64,000 bases of DNA. Source: an uncultured Pseudobutyrivibrio sp. (lineage in GTDB: Bacteria; Bacillota; Clostridia; Lachnospirales; Lachnospiraceae). Position numbers and translations under genes: made by a program. The notes beneath the pieces are model-generated. The model had not been told where the DNA came from. It worked only from the letters and a program-made list of their open reading frames with translations, and did not search any database. The stretch is from positions 21,253 to 85,252 of the forward strand of contig CACYLQ010000001.1 in NCBI GenBank assembly GCA_902775195.1, in the 5' to 3' direction. Positions 62,453 to 64,000 of this stretch are shown here, in pieces; within the stretch, counting starts at the first letter, position 1, and every line of letters starts with the position of its first letter.

Positions 62453-63716
62453 TGTCTATATAGTTGCTTCGATATTTACTGTAGACGATTTTTTGTGCGG
62501 GGTATAATCCTGTGTAGCCTGATACCCAATAGCTGAATGCAACAGCAAGAAGGAAGTAAGGCATTGGTTCATATCCGAAAAGCTCGAAGCAAATAAGTAA
62601 GCTTGAAATAGGGCAGTTGGTAACACCGCAGAAAAGTGCTCCCATTCCTACAGCAGCAAGAAGTGCTGGTGAAAATCCAATCAGCTGTCCAATTGCTGCA
62701 CCAAGAGTTGCTCCAATAAATAAAGTAGGAACGATTTCACCACCCTTATAGCCGCATGATAATGTAAGAGTTGTAAAAATCATCTTTAAAAGGAAAGTGC
62801 CCAAGCTAATGCTTGCTCCAGTAAAGCAGGACATGATAATGGCAGAACCTGTACTATTGTAGGTTTGGTTTCCGACTATTAATGTAAGAACTAATACTGA
62901 AGTACCACCAATGATTGCTTTGATATATGGGTTTGAAACCTTGCCACTTAAAAAGCTTTCATATTTGTGAAGCATAGTGCAAAACAGCATAGAAGCAAGT
63001 CCGCAGATAACAGCAAAGATACATATCATAATAGCTGTTTTTATAGTGAATTTTGGAATCAAATCAATAGGATAAATCTCAGCACCAAGTCCGAAATAGT
63101 TAGCAATATATCTGGCTACTAGTGAAGAAATAACACATGGAACTAAAGCGGCGTAATGCATAATTCCTACCGATACAACTTCCATGGAAAAAATAGCGGC
63201 AGCCATAGGAGTTCCGAATAAAGCAGAGAAGGCTGCACTCATTCCGCACATAATCATAGTTTTCTTGTTGGTTGAATTAAGCTTTAGTGCGCGGCCAATT
63301 CCATTTCCGATTGCACCACCCATTTGAAGGGCAGCGCCCTCACGACCTGCAGAACCACCTACGAAATGTGTGATAAGAGTTGCGATAAAAATCAGTGGAG
63401 CCAATCTGAAAGGAAGATGTTCATCTGATTGAATTGCAGCGATAACAGTGTTTGTTCCGCTATCTTTTTCTTTTAAAATCTGTTTGTACATGAAGGTAAT
63501 AAAGACTGCACCAACAGGAAGCAGGAATATTAGCCATTTGTGTGCTTCTCTAAAACCAATAACATATCTCATAGACAGACCAAAGCCTGTGGCAAACAAT
63601 CCTACGGTAATACCAATAAAAATAGCCGCAAGAGTCCAACCTACCACGGACATTGCACGATGACCGTTATGGTCCATTTTATGCAAAAAATTTTCTTTAA
63701 ACTCATTATTAATCAT
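62439..63716 (-). CDS. CLC-family anion channel/antiporter (EriC-like)
   Basis: GGSAGREGAA, G.SAAFSALFGTP, GGEIVPTLFIGA, NCPI; multi-TM. Confidence 0.88.
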   Translation of the reverse strand: MINNEFKENFLHKMDHNGHRAMSVVGWTLAAIFIGITVGLFATGFGLSMRYVIGFREAHKWLIFLLPVGAVFITFMYKQILKEKDSGTNTVIAAIQSDEHLPFRLAPLIFIATLITHFVGGSAGREGAALQMGGAIGNGIGRALKLNSTNKKTMIMCGMSAAFSALFGTPMAAAIFSMEVVSVGIMHYAALVPCVISSLVARYIANYFGLGAEIYPIDLIPKFTIKTAIMICIFAVICGLASMLFCTMLHKYESFLSGKVSNPYIKAIIGGTSVLVLTLIVGNQTYNSTGSAIIMSCFTGASISLGTFLLKMIFTTLTLSCGYKGGEIVPTLFIGATLGAAIGQLIGFSPALLAAVGMGALFCGVTNCPISSLLICFELFGYEPMPYFLLAVAFSYWVSGYTGLYPAQKIVYSKYRSNYIDKKVD

Positions 63717-63841
63717 ATTTCATTCCTCTTTTTTCATTTCTAACTGATATGCTAACATTCTATTTTTTATAGTGCAAGAAATCCATTGACTTTAGTTTTT
63801 AAAATGACCACAATTATCTTTAGAAATTGAAAGGGAATGCT

Positions 63842-64000
63842 ATGAAGAACGTATTTATTGTAAATAAAGCCAGTCGAACTGGAAAAGCAAAGGAATTATG
63901 GGACAAAGTAGAGGAGTATCTTAATGCAAATGGTGTAGAATATGAAGCGCATTTTACATCAGGTCCTAAGGATGCTACTAATTTTGCCAAGGCAGCCACA
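63842..64000 (+). CDS. Diacylglycerol-kinase-like (YegS/BmrU) protein, 3'-truncated by the window edge
   Basis: MKNVFIVNKASRTGKAKELW...YEAHFTSGPKDATNFAK matches the DAGK N-terminus (IVNP.S..G; T....A); RBS GAAAGGG. Confidence 0.7.
   Translation, partial: MKNVFIVNKASRTGKAKELWDKVEEYLNANGVEYEAHFTSGPKDATNFAKAAT

Overview
A low-GC Firmicute chromosomal window. Gene content and codon style suggest a rumen Lachnospiraceae such as Butyrivibrio/Pseudobutyrivibrio (inference). Most of it is housekeeping and fibre/sugar metabolism: GS-III, an AmtB-PII fusion, mnmA, metH, an rsmH paralogue, eno, alr, folD/fchA, exoIII, GH35/GH9/GH2/GH36 and a CBM13-CBM2-CE1 esterase, MCPs, c-di-GMP enzymes and ABC transporters. 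The most unusual part is 20.5-22.6 kb. After tRNA-Val and tRNA-Met come an interrupted duplicate of the tRNA-Met 3' half and an AT-rich gene for a PD-(D/E)XK-like nuclease. That gene is flanked on both sides by non-coding tandem arrays (3 and 5 units) of a 74-bp repeat with alternating inverted TGTGACAGAA motifs, and the arrangement matches no system I can name. Other points of interest: two tandem LeuC/LeuD-like hydro-lyase pairs without leuA/leuB; a TetR-GH2-GT-B-like-MelB-GH36 locus that may handle plant galactolipids; an MCP gene broken by a deletion; a 41-aa ORF with promoter and RBS that the ORF track missed; and a terminator hairpin formed by the last codons of two convergent genes. All family calls come from motif recognition by eye, with no database searches run.
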